From the NCBI GenBank assembly GCA_032718475.1, contig JAUCBJ010009161.1, positions 1 to 64,000 of the forward strand: a DNA stretch of 64,000 nt, in the 5' to 3' direction. Source of the DNA: Nemertoderma westbladi. Taxonomy: Eukaryota; Animalia; Xenacoelomorpha. This document shows, piece after piece, positions 40,680 to 54,700 of this stretch (within the stretch, counting starts at the first letter, position 1; every line of letters starts with the position of its first letter). The notes under the pieces are model-generated. The model did no database searches and was not told where the DNA came from. It saw only the letters and a list, made by a program, of their open reading frames with translations. Made by a program: the position numbers and the translations under genes.

Positions 40680-43600
40680 TTACGTTGGGGAGTCCCTAGA
40701 TGTTTGTTGGTTTAGGGAGGTGGTCGTGGGAAGAGTATCTTGCCTTCCATAGTTTCCGGATAGCTCTCTGTCTCTTTCCAGTAAACATAAACGACCAATT
40801 GGGCGATTGAGTTGCTGTGTTTCGAATACAATTCCAGGTTTCTTAAAGTTACGTCGCATGACGACGAGTTCTACCGATCGCACTAAACCATCATCGGATA
40901 TATGAGTCTCGATGATACGACCTGTCTGCCACCGCTTACGTGGAAGATCTGATTCCACAATAAGGACCATGTCTCCGGCACTGACGTTTTCTTGCTGAGC
41001 AAACCACTTGATTCGAAGTTGTAGCGTAGGCAGATAATGTTTTTCGAAATGGTCAGTGAAACGACTGGATAATAACTGCATGAGTTGCCAAGTTTGTTGG
41101 CAGTATTCGTCTCCATCTGTGATTTCCGATTGTGGGAGCATGGCTACAGGTTTCTTCAGTAAGAAATGCGCGGGTGTTAGCGCTTCTAGGGAGTCGGGAC
41201 TCGATGAGACTAGCATAAGCGGTCTCTCGTTAAGATAGGCGGCGATTTCTTCCATTAACGTCCGCAAAAGTTCGTCGGTGAGATACACGCGGCAAGGCAC
41301 TATAAAGTGAAATGCGGTCTTCACGCTCCTTATTAATCTCTCCCAACTTCCTCCCCACCAAGGGGCGTCGGCGGCGTTGAAGGTCCAGCTAGATGCTGTT
41401 ACCCTTAGCTGATCGTCCACCTGTCTTTGGTTCCAATCTTTAACGTAAGCTTTGATCTCATTATTGGCGCCAATGAAGTTCGTTCCCTTATCAGATCTCA
41501 TCGTGTTGCTAGTTCCAAATCGGGCGATCTGCCGGCGTAAACTCAGTATGAAGCTGTTGGTAGATAGATCGTTCACCATATCTAGATGGATCACTCTACA
41601 AGTCATACAGACAAAGATGACACACCATCGCTTGACTATAGTCCTAGCACGATATACTTCAATAGGGCCAAATAAATCCACACCGGTATTAGTAAAGGGT
41701 GGTTCATAGAAGCTTACTCGTTCCCTAGGTAATTCTGCCTCTCGCTGTGTTAAAGGCCTACAGGGTATACAGTTCCTAAGAACTTGGTTCAGAGCTCTAC
41801 AGGGTTTATGGAAATAATAGTGAGTTCGAATTTCGCTCAGAACTCGTTCTCTACCAGCATGGTAAAGCCTACTGTGAACATCTACAATCATCTTGATTTG
41901 TATTTCAAGATTTCTAATGAGTATGGGAAATTTAGTGTCAAAGGACAATGGAGCATTAGTTAGTCTCCCTCCAACACGTATTAACCCATCTATCATTGTG
42001 CTAGAGAAACGATCCCTTAAGCGCATCTGTGGATTTCTCAACAACAGGAAATACTTATCGGAATCTTCATAGCATTGCAGGAGTCTCAGTATCTGTTTAT
42101 TGGTTTCTTCATGCTCCTGGTAACTGATCTTCTCCGTCAGAAACCTATCCGACACTTTGTATTTGGGAAGATCTTTAATAGCATGGACCTACTCGGATGT
42201 CGGTGGAGCGGTATCACTAGCGATCTTCGTCCTGGAGTAGTGATGATGGAAGCATCGCTTCAAATACATGACGGCCTTACAAAGCCGGTTCCAGGAGCTA
42301 TAGTGATTTATCGCTCTCTGCAGGAGAGGTGAGAGTCCCTGCGAGACGTCTGGTGTTCCAGATTTCCAGTCTCTATCTCTGATTTCTACAACAGATTTGT
42401 TTGTGGTGGAGGAGTTTAGATCCACAGCGTCGTCCCCGGAGATATGTAAGACAGACAGATCTATCACAGGTTTAAATAACTTTAATTTACTTGTCCAGGT
42501 TTTGGGTTTGACTTTCCCCGCTCCCTTGGCTTGTCTAATCTCAGCCATAGTGAGATGAGGAGGCCATTCATCCTCTTCTTTACTTAGGAAGTCGGGTCCA
42601 CCTAACCAGTCTGGAGTATCTATCAGTTCTTGAGGAGTTGCTCCTCTGGAGGCGATGTCGGCTGGATTAATCATCCCAGGGCAATGTCTCCATTGATCTA
42701 CATTATTGCGACTAAGTATAATGGCTACTCTGTTGGTAACAAAGACGCTGAACTGACAGACTTCATTGGTTATATACTCCAAAACGAGTAAAGCATCAGT
42801 CCAATAGACAGTTTTCTCCAGTGGATAGTCGATCTGTTCTGTTACATTCCGGCCAATGGCTGTAGCATATAGAGCCGCCTTTAACTCCGCTCGAGGAACT
42901 CGTAGTTTGTTGTTTATCAAGGCCTTAGAGGTGACCAAGGCAACTTTAATTCCGTCCGGAGTTTCAACCCTCAGGTAAGCTACTATACCTATTCCCATAT
43001 CGCTGGCGTCTCCAAACACATGGAGTTGATAGGAATACGTGGGGAGAACGTCACCAAAATATGAACGGGAAATCGTAAAGTTCTCGATGGATGGTAGAGA
43101 ATCTTCCCATTTCATCCACTTCTTTAGTAGTTCGCCCTTAAGTGGATCATCCCACGAGTGGTTTTCAAGCCACATTTGTTGCACTAAGCTCCGAGCAACC
43201 AATATAACTGGGGTAATAAATCCCAATGGATCGAAATAAGTGCTTAGGATACTTAGACAAATCCGTTTGGTTCGAACTGGATTATCTTGCTGTTTTAGCT
43301 GGAAAAACAATATATCTCTCTCTGTGTCCCATTTTAAACCAAGCGTCTTGGTTTCCGGAAGATCGTCCTTGATAAGGTCCAGATCTTTAACACCTCAGTC
43401 TTCTACCGGGATCGATTCCAGAAACTCACGGGAGTTACTAGTGAATTTGGTTAGTCGAAATCCACTGCGTTTCAAGCACTCTACCGTTCCTTTGGCAACA
43501 TCAATGGCTTCTTCCGCCGATGGGAGGGACTTTAAATTGTCGTCCATGTATATATCCCGTTTGATGTTGTCGATAACTGCTTTAGAGAAGGCGTCTCGGT

Positions 43601-45201
43601 TGTCATCAGCAGTGGTACGCACTACTGAACAAGCGTTCGAGGGGCTCGAGATGATCCCGAAAGCCTGGATGGTCACCCAGTACTCCACCGGTTTTTGGTT
43701 GAGGTCTCCTTCAGGCCACCACAGAAATCGTAGGCTGTCTCGATCCCTATACAGGACCTATCCTTGACTTGTAAGAACATGCCTTCTATATCCGAAGCGA
43801 AAGCGATAGAATATTGCCGTAATCTTAATAGTATTCCCAACAAGGATTGGAGTAAGTTGGGTCCCAGCAACAATTCGGAGTTCAGGGATTGGCCCATGTA
43901 AAGGGCGGAGCCGTCGAACACTATCCGGACTTCGTTGGGTTTACCGGGTTTGGGAACGTAATGATGTGTTAGATAATACGTTCTCTCTGTGATGGGTGTT
44001 TCTTCCAGTACTCGCTCCGCGTATCCCTTATCGATAAATTTCTTCAGCTGGGTCTTATACATCTCTTTAGCTGAAGCATTGGCCGTAAGACGCCGATGTA
44101 GTTGCGCGATTCTCTTCTCCGCTAAGGGTCGGTTATTTATAAAGTTGGGTTCTCGCCGTCGGAATGGAAGACCAATCTCATAGCGACCGTGATCTTTAAG
44201 AAAACGGGTAGTCATTTCCTGAATCTGTTTGGCTCTCTCCTCCTCGACAGACAAGGCCTTGTCGTAGGAGGAATTGGGCTCTACGGCTTCTTGAGTAAAG
44301 AATCGTACAGCGTGTTCATCGCAAATCTTATTGCTATATCGATCTATCACCTCGTTTAATTTATCGTTGTAGTCGAATTGTCCGCCATGGTTGATGAGAT
44401 GGCACAGGTTTACTTGGTTTCGCCAAGTTTCATTTTCGGCGAGGAGGTCGATTGTATTTTCCTCGTCGAATAATTGGTTAATATCGTCATTATCTGAGGA
44501 GTATGGGGTTCCCTCAGTTGTGGTTTCTCCTTCACTAATACTTCTTCCCATTCACTCACTTGATGTATCTTTTCTGGAGGAAGTCTTTCTATCAGTGTTC
44601 TACGGGAAGGTCCAGTGAAATACCAACCTACTCTCGTTCTTCCCGCATATGTTTATAATGGTTGCGGTCGAGCAGGCCGTTTTTCTAATGTCTCTAGCAC
44701 CTCGTGCGCATTTTGGCCGATCAGTATCTGTACCCCTGGGTAGTCGGTGTTGAATCTAGGGATATCATGCTGCTGGGTAAAATGGTCTTCATCCCAGTTG
44801 TAAGGTTCCACTTGGATGGTAGCAAAGTTCTTTATCGCCACCATTTTTACTGACCTTATGCTATATTCTCCTAGTTCATCCTGGGGAGTGGACAACGCGC
44901 CTACATAATAATCTGTAGCTACTGTGGATTTCCAAACCTGCATAATTCCTGAAAGGTTCAACTTAGTTCGGAACTTGGGTTGTCCAGCAAAGATGTCTTC
45001 GGCTAGCTCTTTGTCGATGAATGTACCTGTGCTACCGGAGTCAAGGAGGGCGTTTACTATAAAACTCTTACCTGGCCCGTGGACTCTCAGCTGCACTACT
45101 GGGAATTCCCGAATTCCGACGTTGGAAGTTGGCGCTTTCCAAGATGGTTGCGGAATAGTCGGTTGCGCTTCGTTATCGGTTTCAGTCTCATACGTAAGCG
45201 C
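40680..45201 (-). pseudogene. pol: Element B pol, duplicated copy
   Basis: ORF translations are identical to 31306-35827, including the same disruptions. Confidence 0.93.
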
Positions 45202-48200
45202 TCAATACACTGCGGTGTTTATCATATAACAGGATTCGTTTTCATTGGAGAATTCGTCCGTGTAGAATCCTTCCATCTCAGAGCTGTGGTCAGTGTCGTT
45301 CACATCACTGAATTGGACATGTAGTTCGGACTCACTTACCTGACTCGTGCGGGTTCTTTCAAATTCTGTGTGCAGCAAGATATGATGTTTCGCGCCGCAC
45401 TTAGTGCACCTCGTGTCTGAGTAACAGGTCCGCCGTTGGTGTCCTTGTCTGAGACAATTATAACACAACCGCTTATCCCACATGACATCACGTCTATCCT
45501 TTAGGGATTTCTTCAAGAATTCATCACATCCACTTAAACGATGGGGCCCGTCGCACAATGCACATTTGGGTTTGATGTTACTTACTTTAACCTGTGTTGT
45601 GTTGTGCACACTTGTTCTTTCCTCGGGCTTTCTTCCATGAATTCTCTTAGGAGACATAGGAGGAGTTGTTGTTACCTGTTCTCTCCTGTCACTGGTTCGA
45701 GGTTTAAATTTACTTACGTCTTTACATGTTTTGTTGACATAATAAGATCTTTCGGTGTCTTTCCCGCTGTTCTCCTCGTGGGAGGTTTGGCTTTCGCCGT
45801 CGTCTGTATAACACACTGGTGTTACTTTTCTCCTAGAAACAGGTTTTTCACTCACCGTATTCTCCGGCGTCTTGTCTCGGGACTGCTTTAGGAGCTGCAA
45901 TCTTACCTCTCCATTTAAGAATGACATGAGATCAGCCATGGTAGGGTCTCTTTGTTGCTGGTCCATCATATAGATAACTCTTTTGTCCCAACGCGTACCT
46001 ACTCCACCCTTTGGCAAAGTAGATGCCACAGCTCCAACAACCATAGAACTCTGATATTCATGAGACTTACCTAGCCAATCTAACTGTCTACAGATCTCCT
46101 GGATCTCATCGGAAAATTCTATAATCCCGCTGCTAAGAAACTTTCGGGGCATTACTAATTTCGCATACAAATATCTAGCTATGTTAGTCCTATTACCATA
46201 CCTGATGTTTAGTGTATCCCAAACTTATCTTAATCCATCTGGATGTCCAATAAACTTTAACGCCATTAACTTGGGAGGTCCTTCCAAGCACTCGATGAGG
46301 AATCTAAGTTTCTCTCCGTGGGATAGTACGGAACTCTGTATGTTATCTTTATAATATTCATTAAAAGGTAACAATTTCATCTCATCTCCATTGAACTTGA
46401 TGATCTCTCCCACCTTTACCACTTGACGGGCTTCGGTTCTAGCCATTTGACGCGTAAAACTTTCTTGGGCTATTGTATTATTTAATATCGAGCTATCGGT
46501 ATATAAATTTCTCGGATTAGGATCAGGTCTATATGGAATATCATTATCAACAGGTTTATAATTACCCTTAATAGGGTTCACTATAGGAGTTTCTACTTCA
46601 CTAGCAGTATAGATGCGTGTAGGCTCCACACCTTGCGCATGAAATACTTCAGACTTAACAGGTTGACACATTGTTACTGGGGGTGGTGGTATACCCAATT
46701 GTATATTTACTAATTTATCGCGTTCTAACGCGATACTCTGCTGCACTTCTTGCCACTCTAACCTACTCTCTCTTACTGTTCCCTTTAACTGCTGAACAGT
46801 CCCTTCCAACTCCCGGACCTGCTGGGAGGAACATATACGCTGTTCCCTCAGCTGCCCGAGCAGGAGACCCATCTCCCGCCGTCCCTCATCCACCCACTCT
46901 ACCGCCGAAGCGGGAGCCGCCAACATAGTATCGGGTAGACGAGGGACGACGGGCGACAAATCGTTGATGTCTTGCTCGGTGTCCAGGACCGGGATTGATT
47001 CAGGGGCTATTCTACTGGGCACAGGTAGTTTAGTACTGTGCAAAGGGAATTTAGAGTTAGGTTCTGGAAGTACAGGGGTCTCTATCACAGAGGGGGTGGC
47101 TTCGAGGACAGGCCTAATTATTTCAGGCTCATCTACTATAGTAGGGAGTATTTCTACTCTAATAATTTGGTCTGTAGGCTCAGGATTACTTAAATCTACA
47201 CTAGCTAGTTGCCTTCTCACAGATGGAGGCAAATTAGGCAATTTCTGCCGGTGCAGCGCCCTTCTACGTCCGCTGGAACGAGATTTATTTCCTCTACCTT
47301 CAGGATCTGTTGTATCGCCTTCATCAGAGGATGTAAATCCCTGTCTCTTGGGAGTAGATCGACTTAGCAGCTGCATCTGAGTAGCTGTTCTCTGTTTATT
47401 TAAGTAATCTCGCTTCACTTGAAGATTTTCCAACTCTAGTTGGGCTGTCTCTTCAGATGCCTTCCGTTCTGCTTCTACCACTGCCTCTGCCGCTTTTCTT
47501 TCAGCTTCTACCGCTGCCGCTTTTCTTTCAGCTTCTGCCGCTGCCACTGCTGCTTTTCTTTCAGCTTCTGCCGCTTTTCTTTCAGCTTCTGCCGCTTTTC
47601 TTTCAGCTTCTGCTGCTTTTCTTTCAGCTTCTGCCGCTGCCGCTGCAGCTGCCGCATTTCTTTCAGCTTCTGCCGCTGCCGCTGCTGCTGCCTTTCTGTC
47701 TTCTATCTGTTTTTTCTTTAGTTGTTCTTCCTGTTCCATAGCGATGAGGATGCTTTCATCAAATTTAGCCTGCTCATCGGCTAATATTTCCGCATCTAAC
47801 GAGTCCAACACAAATTTGGCTCCCTCACTATTAGGGTGAAGTCCAACTAGCCGTCTCCTTAACTCTTTGTCACCTATAAATCGTTGATAGTCCGACAGAT
47901 AGATGTCAATAGCATCCTTCTTCTGAGGTTTCTCGGATATAGCTTCGCTTTCCACCTGAGAAAAGGTAGCGTCTGTTGACTCTCCGTGGGTCATGCGCTC
48001 GGTTAGCTGAGCTTTCCATTGTGTCGTTCCCTGGACTTTAAGACTCACCCGTTGGAACCAAGTCTTTACGGCCACTTGCAAGGACGTGTCTTGGCTTCTC
48101 TTCGAAGCTTCCTCAAAGGCTGAAAGGATTAGTCTGATCCGTAAAATTCGGTCTCGCACTTGATAAAGCAGCTCTCCCTGCTCTTGAGGTCCTTGTCATT

Positions 48201-48271
48201 GTTGGAATAGGTGTTCTTCTAATCGCTCTAAAGAACTGAAGAATCCCTGGACATATCCTGCTGCCAACCTC
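45202..48271 (-). pseudogene. gag: Element B gag (3' part), duplicated copy
   Basis: Identical to 35828-38897. Confidence 0.92.
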
Positions 48272-49507
48272 TGTAAAAGCTTCTGTGGGATATAACTGGC
48301 CCCTTTTGCTTCGCAATCCAGTTTCCCCCCAGGCGCTGGAATACTCTAAAAGGGTTCTCTAACTGTATATATATTCCCCTCGCCCGCAAGGTACCGTTAC
48401 AGGTGTTTTAACGGACATAAAAGTCATTCTTCTATATACATGTTTTGGCGGACATGGTAAGGCAAAAAACCTGCAATGCACCAAATACCTTACACAGCTT
48501 AGCCTTGATGATTCATATTACGACATCTAACAGCTGGTTGCTGACATGGGAACAGCCATTGGACGCATGGTTCTTTGTTTGGCTTGAGCCAATCAGAGCG
48601 ATTTTTTCTGTCGACGTGTAGATATTTGGTCGATCATACTAGGAGTGTTCTGTCTTACTGTTTTTTCTTGATACTTTGTTGTTGCTATCTAGGCCAGGAA
48701 CACCGGCTCTAGAGTCAATTCATTTTCATACTTTAGAAGAAACATTAGTAGGCTTAAGATTATAGAGCGTATAACTGTTATCTTGTCACATCTTGTCATA
48801 TCATATCTTAACCTACCGTCTTAATGTTGTTTACTGTTGTGTTTTGGTTGAATATTATTTGGAGAACATATATAAAGAACCCAAATTTCCCAATTTTCTT
48901 GATACACTACAGGTTAGAGAGACGGGATATATATAGCGATTGCGACTTATATTATTGTGGTTTGTAGTGAATTTAATGCTATTTGATAAGCCCTACATGA
49001 GTCAATTGCTGCTCTCTTTATATATGATAAAATTCATTGACGGTCGGCAAATTAGTGAGAAGTATTGTGTGTTACCGGTAGTGTGCCTGATTGTGACTGA
49101 TAACTAAGCATTTCCTAAAGAATGCGCCTCATACGTGAATCATAAGCCTTACCGACTTACCGTTGTGATTAGTATAAGTCATATCTCTGTTTACCTAGAT
49201 AGAGCGCCACGTCCTAAAGGAACTGTTAATATTTACCGAAAGTAAATAATATTAGTCAGAAATTAATTATTAACGATCAATCGAATAATACAATACAGTA
49301 AGCTTACACTACAATAATAATCTAAGCCCTCAGAATCCAGTCTCCCGGGTATATCCAGCGGGTGAATGGACGCGCACTAGGCTGGCTTCTGCTAATGTTG
49401 TGTTTATTGGTATTAAATATTTGTCATCTTCTAAAGTCTATTTATAAACCAAAAGACATATAAATTTTGGCAGGTTAAACTGCTAAAGGTCTTCAAAAGC
49501 GCATACA
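48272..49507 (+). repeat. 5' LTR of element C
   Basis: TGTAAAAGC...GCATACA; about 7 substitutions versus the 3' LTR by eye. Confidence 0.95.
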
Positions 49508-51744
49508 ATAACAGTTATTGACTTTATTGCAGTAAGCAATAAAGTTGAAAGTACCGGTCGACCGGTAAACCTGAACCGGTACTTCTGTAGGTCAGTAGGC
49601 CCAACTGCCAGAACCGGTACTGCCGTAGGTCCATAGGTCCAACTGCCAGAACCGGTACTTCTGTAGGTCTGTAGGCCCAACTGTCCTAACCGGTACTTCC
49701 AGTACAAGTACATTAGTATTATTCGATTTTGATTATTGTATACCGGTAGGTCTTAGTATTTAATCAGGGACTGCAGCCCTGGTTCTTTATTGAGATTTTA
49801 CTTATTTCTGTCGGTTTTATTTACATGTAAGTTAATATTGAGCTGAAGACGTGTAAGTCTGCTCAGATTGTTCAGATAATTGTAGGCCGGACTGTTGTTA
49901 GATTGTTGTTGAGATTGGAGAGATTACGGCATGTGTAGAGTTTGTCCGATAGAGTGCCAGTTAGTAAGTTGGGGCAGCCATAGCTGTAAGGTCAATCCCC
50001 TCTTAAAGAATAAGTCGTACTACCGTGTTAGAACGCATATTAACTAACCATTTTGGAATCTGCACATACTGTAGTTTATTTAGGCTTGACAGTATTCTGC
50101 CAGCGTTTTGGCCTGTGTTTGTTTGTGTGGTCTGTTCAGGTACCGTAATAGTTATTACTCAGATATTTTGTAGGCTGGATTGTTGTCTAGCTATTATTAG
50201 GTCTGAAGAGATTGCTGCGTGTGTAGAGTTTGTCCGATAGAGTGCCAGTTAGTAAGTTGGGGCAGCCATAGCTGTAAGGTCAATCCCCTCTTAAAGAATA
50301 AGTCGTACTACCGTGTTAGAACGCATACTAACTAACCATTTTGGAATCTACACATACTGTAGTTTATTTAGGCTTGGTGGTAGTCTGCCAGCGTTTGGTT
50401 TGTATTTTGTTTGAATATTCTGTACGGGTAGCGTAATATTTATTATTCAGAGTTTATGCGATTATTCGCAACATTCATGTCCCCAAGTTTATTCCTACAG
50501 TAATTGTGTTTGTTACACATACCGTTATAGTTAAATTAACCCTGGTACTACACGGGCTGCTTGGCGTAGGAAAAGACTGGTGACTTTGTGCTTCGGTCAC
50601 TCCAGCAGATGCCGTGGTTCTTTTAACTGTTCAAGTATATTTAACTACTGAATATTTGTTGTACCAGTACTTGTACCTAATTTAGGGTTTAGTGTACAGT
50701 GCTTTCCGAAGTAATTAGTGTGTAGGCAGTATATTTGTGTTGTAAAGTGGTTAATAGGCACGTTGGATCTGGTAGTCCGCGGTAATTAACTTCTAGGTAG
50801 GAACACTCCGTGATACATAACGTAGTACCTATAGCGATACGGTTATAGGTCGTCAGGCGGTGGTATTTTCCTATCTGGACAGTGCAATATATTTACTACT
50901 ACTTATTATTTTCAAATACCGTAGTATCCTGTCTGTTGTAATAACCAGAAGTTCTAACCCTTTGTTAGACTGGTTTGTAGACTTCCTGTAAAATTACCCT
51001 AAAAATTCGTACGTAATATTTTCGTTGTGTTTAATTAGAGATTTAATCTCACCCGTATCGTAAGTAATTTGTAGTATTAAGTAACTTAGGTAAATTAGAA
51101 TAATCTGTTTTAGTGTCCCATAAGTAGCACTCCACTGAGGGCGCACAGCTTCTGTGTAGTGACTCTCCCCAGAAATAATAACATTTATTTCAAATATTGA
51201 CAAAACCCCCTTTTAAACGGGTATATATCTATTATAAATCAACTCGAACGATTTATAAATAGTAGGCCTGCCATACAACAACTAGGTCTCAATATCAGTT
51301 GGACTACTGCTTAAATAACGGTAATAAAGTAAGTTAAAGTAATCAAGTAACCCTAAAATATTCAGAAATTCAATTATTCTAAAATAATTGACATACCGGT
51401 ATTTACCATAGGCTTATTATATTTATTTCTATAAATTTGAGCTAAAATCATACCGGTATTCTGTAATTAATTCTAGTTCATAATTATACTTATATATACT
51501 ATAAGTGTAAGCTGTATACCGGTATTCACGATAGGCCTATTATATATTTATATATATTTGTGCTAAATTTATATACCGGTACTCTGTGACAAACTAGTTT
51601 ACAATACTTATATATATTATAAGTGCATACCGGTATTCTAATATACTGCAATAAATTACTGGTACTAGGCCAACGGTCATACTGAATTACTAGACTTGCT
51701 TTAACTGTAACTATAGCAGTAAGCATTCAACTGTATAGCTAAAC
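49508..51744 (+). other. 2.2-kb 5' leader of element C with internal repeats
   Basis: ~36-bp tandem units at 49550-49700; ~170-bp direct repeat at ~49932-50105 / 50221-50395; recurrent ataccggta motif at 51390-51640. Confidence 0.8.
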
Positions 51745-54700
51745 ATGTCTGACACTCAGCAAAACCTGTCAGACAGTCTAATCGATACAACCATCTGTGA
51801 CACAGATAGGAGTGTGGAGCGATTAAGAAAGGAGTTCAGCTCACCTCCTACTGAAAGAAAAGTCATCCCTCCAGTAGTGGTATCGGACCCTAAGCTAATC
51901 CAACACCGTAGGTCTATCATCGGCACTCGGGCCCAAGTCAAACGGAACCAGGAAGCAGCTGTCCCACAGCAGCAACAGCCTAGTCAAGAAACTTATTCCC
52001 AGCGATCCGATAGCTCCAGTAGTTCGGATACTGTCGAGCTGACCCCCGAACGCGGATTGCGGATGGCGGCTAAAGCCTACTCGGACCCCCTTCTCACCCT
52101 TCCTGCCGCAGTGCTAACTACTATATTGATTGCGGTGGAGGAATATCAAGCCGATTGGGCGAGAAGTAAACGAGCGACCCAAGATAATTATGCGGGATAC
52201 GCCAGGGAAGAATTGATGTCGATTGTCGAGTCACAATGGAACTTTCCCAGACCCGGACTCCCGTTAGATTTGTCCGAAGCTACTTGGGAAGATATACACA
52301 GGATGGGAGTGACTAAAGATACAATGGATCCAGCTGTTTGGAAGAGGTCGGCAGCAGGATATGTGCAGGGATTCTTCGGCTCCTTGGAGCGATTAGAAGA
52401 ACAACTGTTTCGACAACCCCAAGGACCTCAAGAGCAGGAAGAACTGCTATATCAAGTACGCGAAAGAACCCTACGCATTCGACTAATCCTATCAGCCTTT
52501 GAGGAAACTTCCAAAAGAAGACAGGACACGTCGCTGCAAGTTGCTGTCGAAACTTGGTTCCAGCGGGTAGGTCGCAAAGTACAAGAAACGGACCAGTGGA
52601 AATCCCAGCTGTCTGAGAGACTAACCTATGAAGAACCAACCGATGCCACCCTTCCTCAAGTGGAAGGCGAAGAGACCGCAGAGAGACCACGAACGAGAGA
52701 CGCCATAGACATTTATCTGTCCGACTATCAGCGATTCCTAGGAGACGAAGAGTTGAGGAGACGGCTGTCTGGACTTTCCCCTAATAGTGAAGGAACCCAA
52801 CGTGTGTTAGACTCAATCGATGCTGAAATGTTAGCTGCTAACCAAGCAGAATTTGATGAAAAACTCCGCCTCCCTAGAGTCCAAGAAGAACAAGTAAAGA
52901 AAAGACGGATAGAGGAACAAAAGGCGGCGGCTATGGCAGAAGCAGAAGTAGAAAGAAAGGCAGCGGCGGCAGAAGCAGAAGCAGAAAGAAAGGCAGCGGC
53001 GGCAGAAGCAGAAGCAGAAAGAAAAGCAGCAAAGGCAGTGGCAGAAGCAGAACGGAGAGCCTCTGAGCAGACTACCCAACTGGAGTTGGAAAATCTGCAA
53101 GAGACGCAAGACAACATAAATAAACAGTTAACTGCTATTCAAATGCAGATGATGAGACGATCTACTCCCAAACGCCAGGGATACACATCATCGGAGGAAA
53201 GCGAAACCACCGATCCTGAAGGCGGAGGAAATAGATCTCGTCTAAGCAGGCGTAGAAAAACATCTCACCGTCACAAATTGCCTGATTTGCCCCCAGCTGT
53301 TAGAAGACAGCTAGCTAGCACAGACTTAGGTAGTACGGAACTCGCATACCAAACTATTCAGGTCAAAAGACTCCCTACAATAGTTGATGAGCCTGAAATA
53401 ATTAGGCCTGTCGTTCCCAAAGTCACTTCTGTGTTAGAGACCCCTGTACTTCCAGAGCTTAACTCTAAATTCCCTTTACACAGTACTACACTGCCTGTAC
53501 CCGGTAGAACAGTCCAAGAGAATATCCCTGTCCTGATAGCAGAGAGAGAAATCAAAGATTTGTCTCCTGTCGTCCCACGTCAGCCCGCTACAATGTTGGC
53601 GACTCCCGTTTCGGCGGTCGAGTGGGTAGAAGAGGGACAGCGGGGGATGAATCTCCTGCTCGGACAGATGCAGGAGACTGTCCACCAACTTAAGGGAACC
53701 GTAAGGGAAGGTAGGGCAGAATTGCAAGAAGTGCAGCAAAGTATCGCGCTAGAATGCGACAAATTAGTCAATATCCAAAAGGGGATACCAATACCCCCTG
53801 TAAAATTGTGTCAACCTGTTAGGTCTGAAGTATTACATGCGCAAGGTGTGGAGCCTACACGCATCTATACTGCTAGTGAAGTAGAAACTCCTATAGCAAA
53901 CCCTATTAAGGGTGATTATAGACCTGTTATTAACGATATCCCCTATAGACCTGACAATGACCCGAGAAATTTATATACTGATAATTCGATATTAAATAAC
54001 ACGATGGCCCAAGAAAGCTTTACGCGTCAGATGGCTAGAACAGAAGCCCGCCAAGCGGTCAAAGTGGGAGAGATCGTCAAATTCAATGGAGATGAGATGA
54101 AATGGTTACCTTTCAACGAATATTACAAAGATAGCATACAAAACTCTGTACTATCTAACGGAGAGAAACTTAGGTTCCTCATCAAGTGCTTGGAAGGACC
54201 TCCCAGGTTAATGGCGTTAAAGTTTGTTGGACATCCAGAAGGATTAAGACAGGTATGGGATACATTAAACATCAGGTATGGTAACAAGGATAACATAGCT
54301 AAGTATTTGTATGCAAAATTAGTAGCCCCCCGACACTTCCTTAGTAGCGGGATTATAGAGTTTTCCGATGAAATTCAGGAGATCTGTAGACAATTGGACT
54401 GGTTAGGTAAGTCTCATGAATATCAGAGTTCAATGGTTATTGGAGCCGTAGTCTCTACTTTACCAAAGGGTGGAGTATGTACACGCTGGGACAAGAAAGT
54501 GTTGTACATAAATGAACAACAACGACGAAGTCCTACCATGGCTGATCTCATGTCCTTCTTAGATGGTGAAGTAAAACTACAACTCATCAAGCAGTCCAGA
54601 GAGAAAACATCGGAAAATAAGGTAAGTGAGAAACCCGCTTCTAGGAGAAGAGTAACACCGGTGTGTTACACTGACGACGGCGAAAGCCAAGCTTCTCAAG

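Noticed and set aside
38898-49507. Independent LTR element with LTRs at 38898 and 48272 enclosing antisense gag-pol
   Set aside because: Both LTRs share the same left flank, the first is truncated, and there is no TSD; the tandem duplication explains it.
49550-49700. CRISPR-like array (36-bp periodicity)
   Set aside because: Tandem degenerate units without unique spacers, no cas genes, eukaryotic context.
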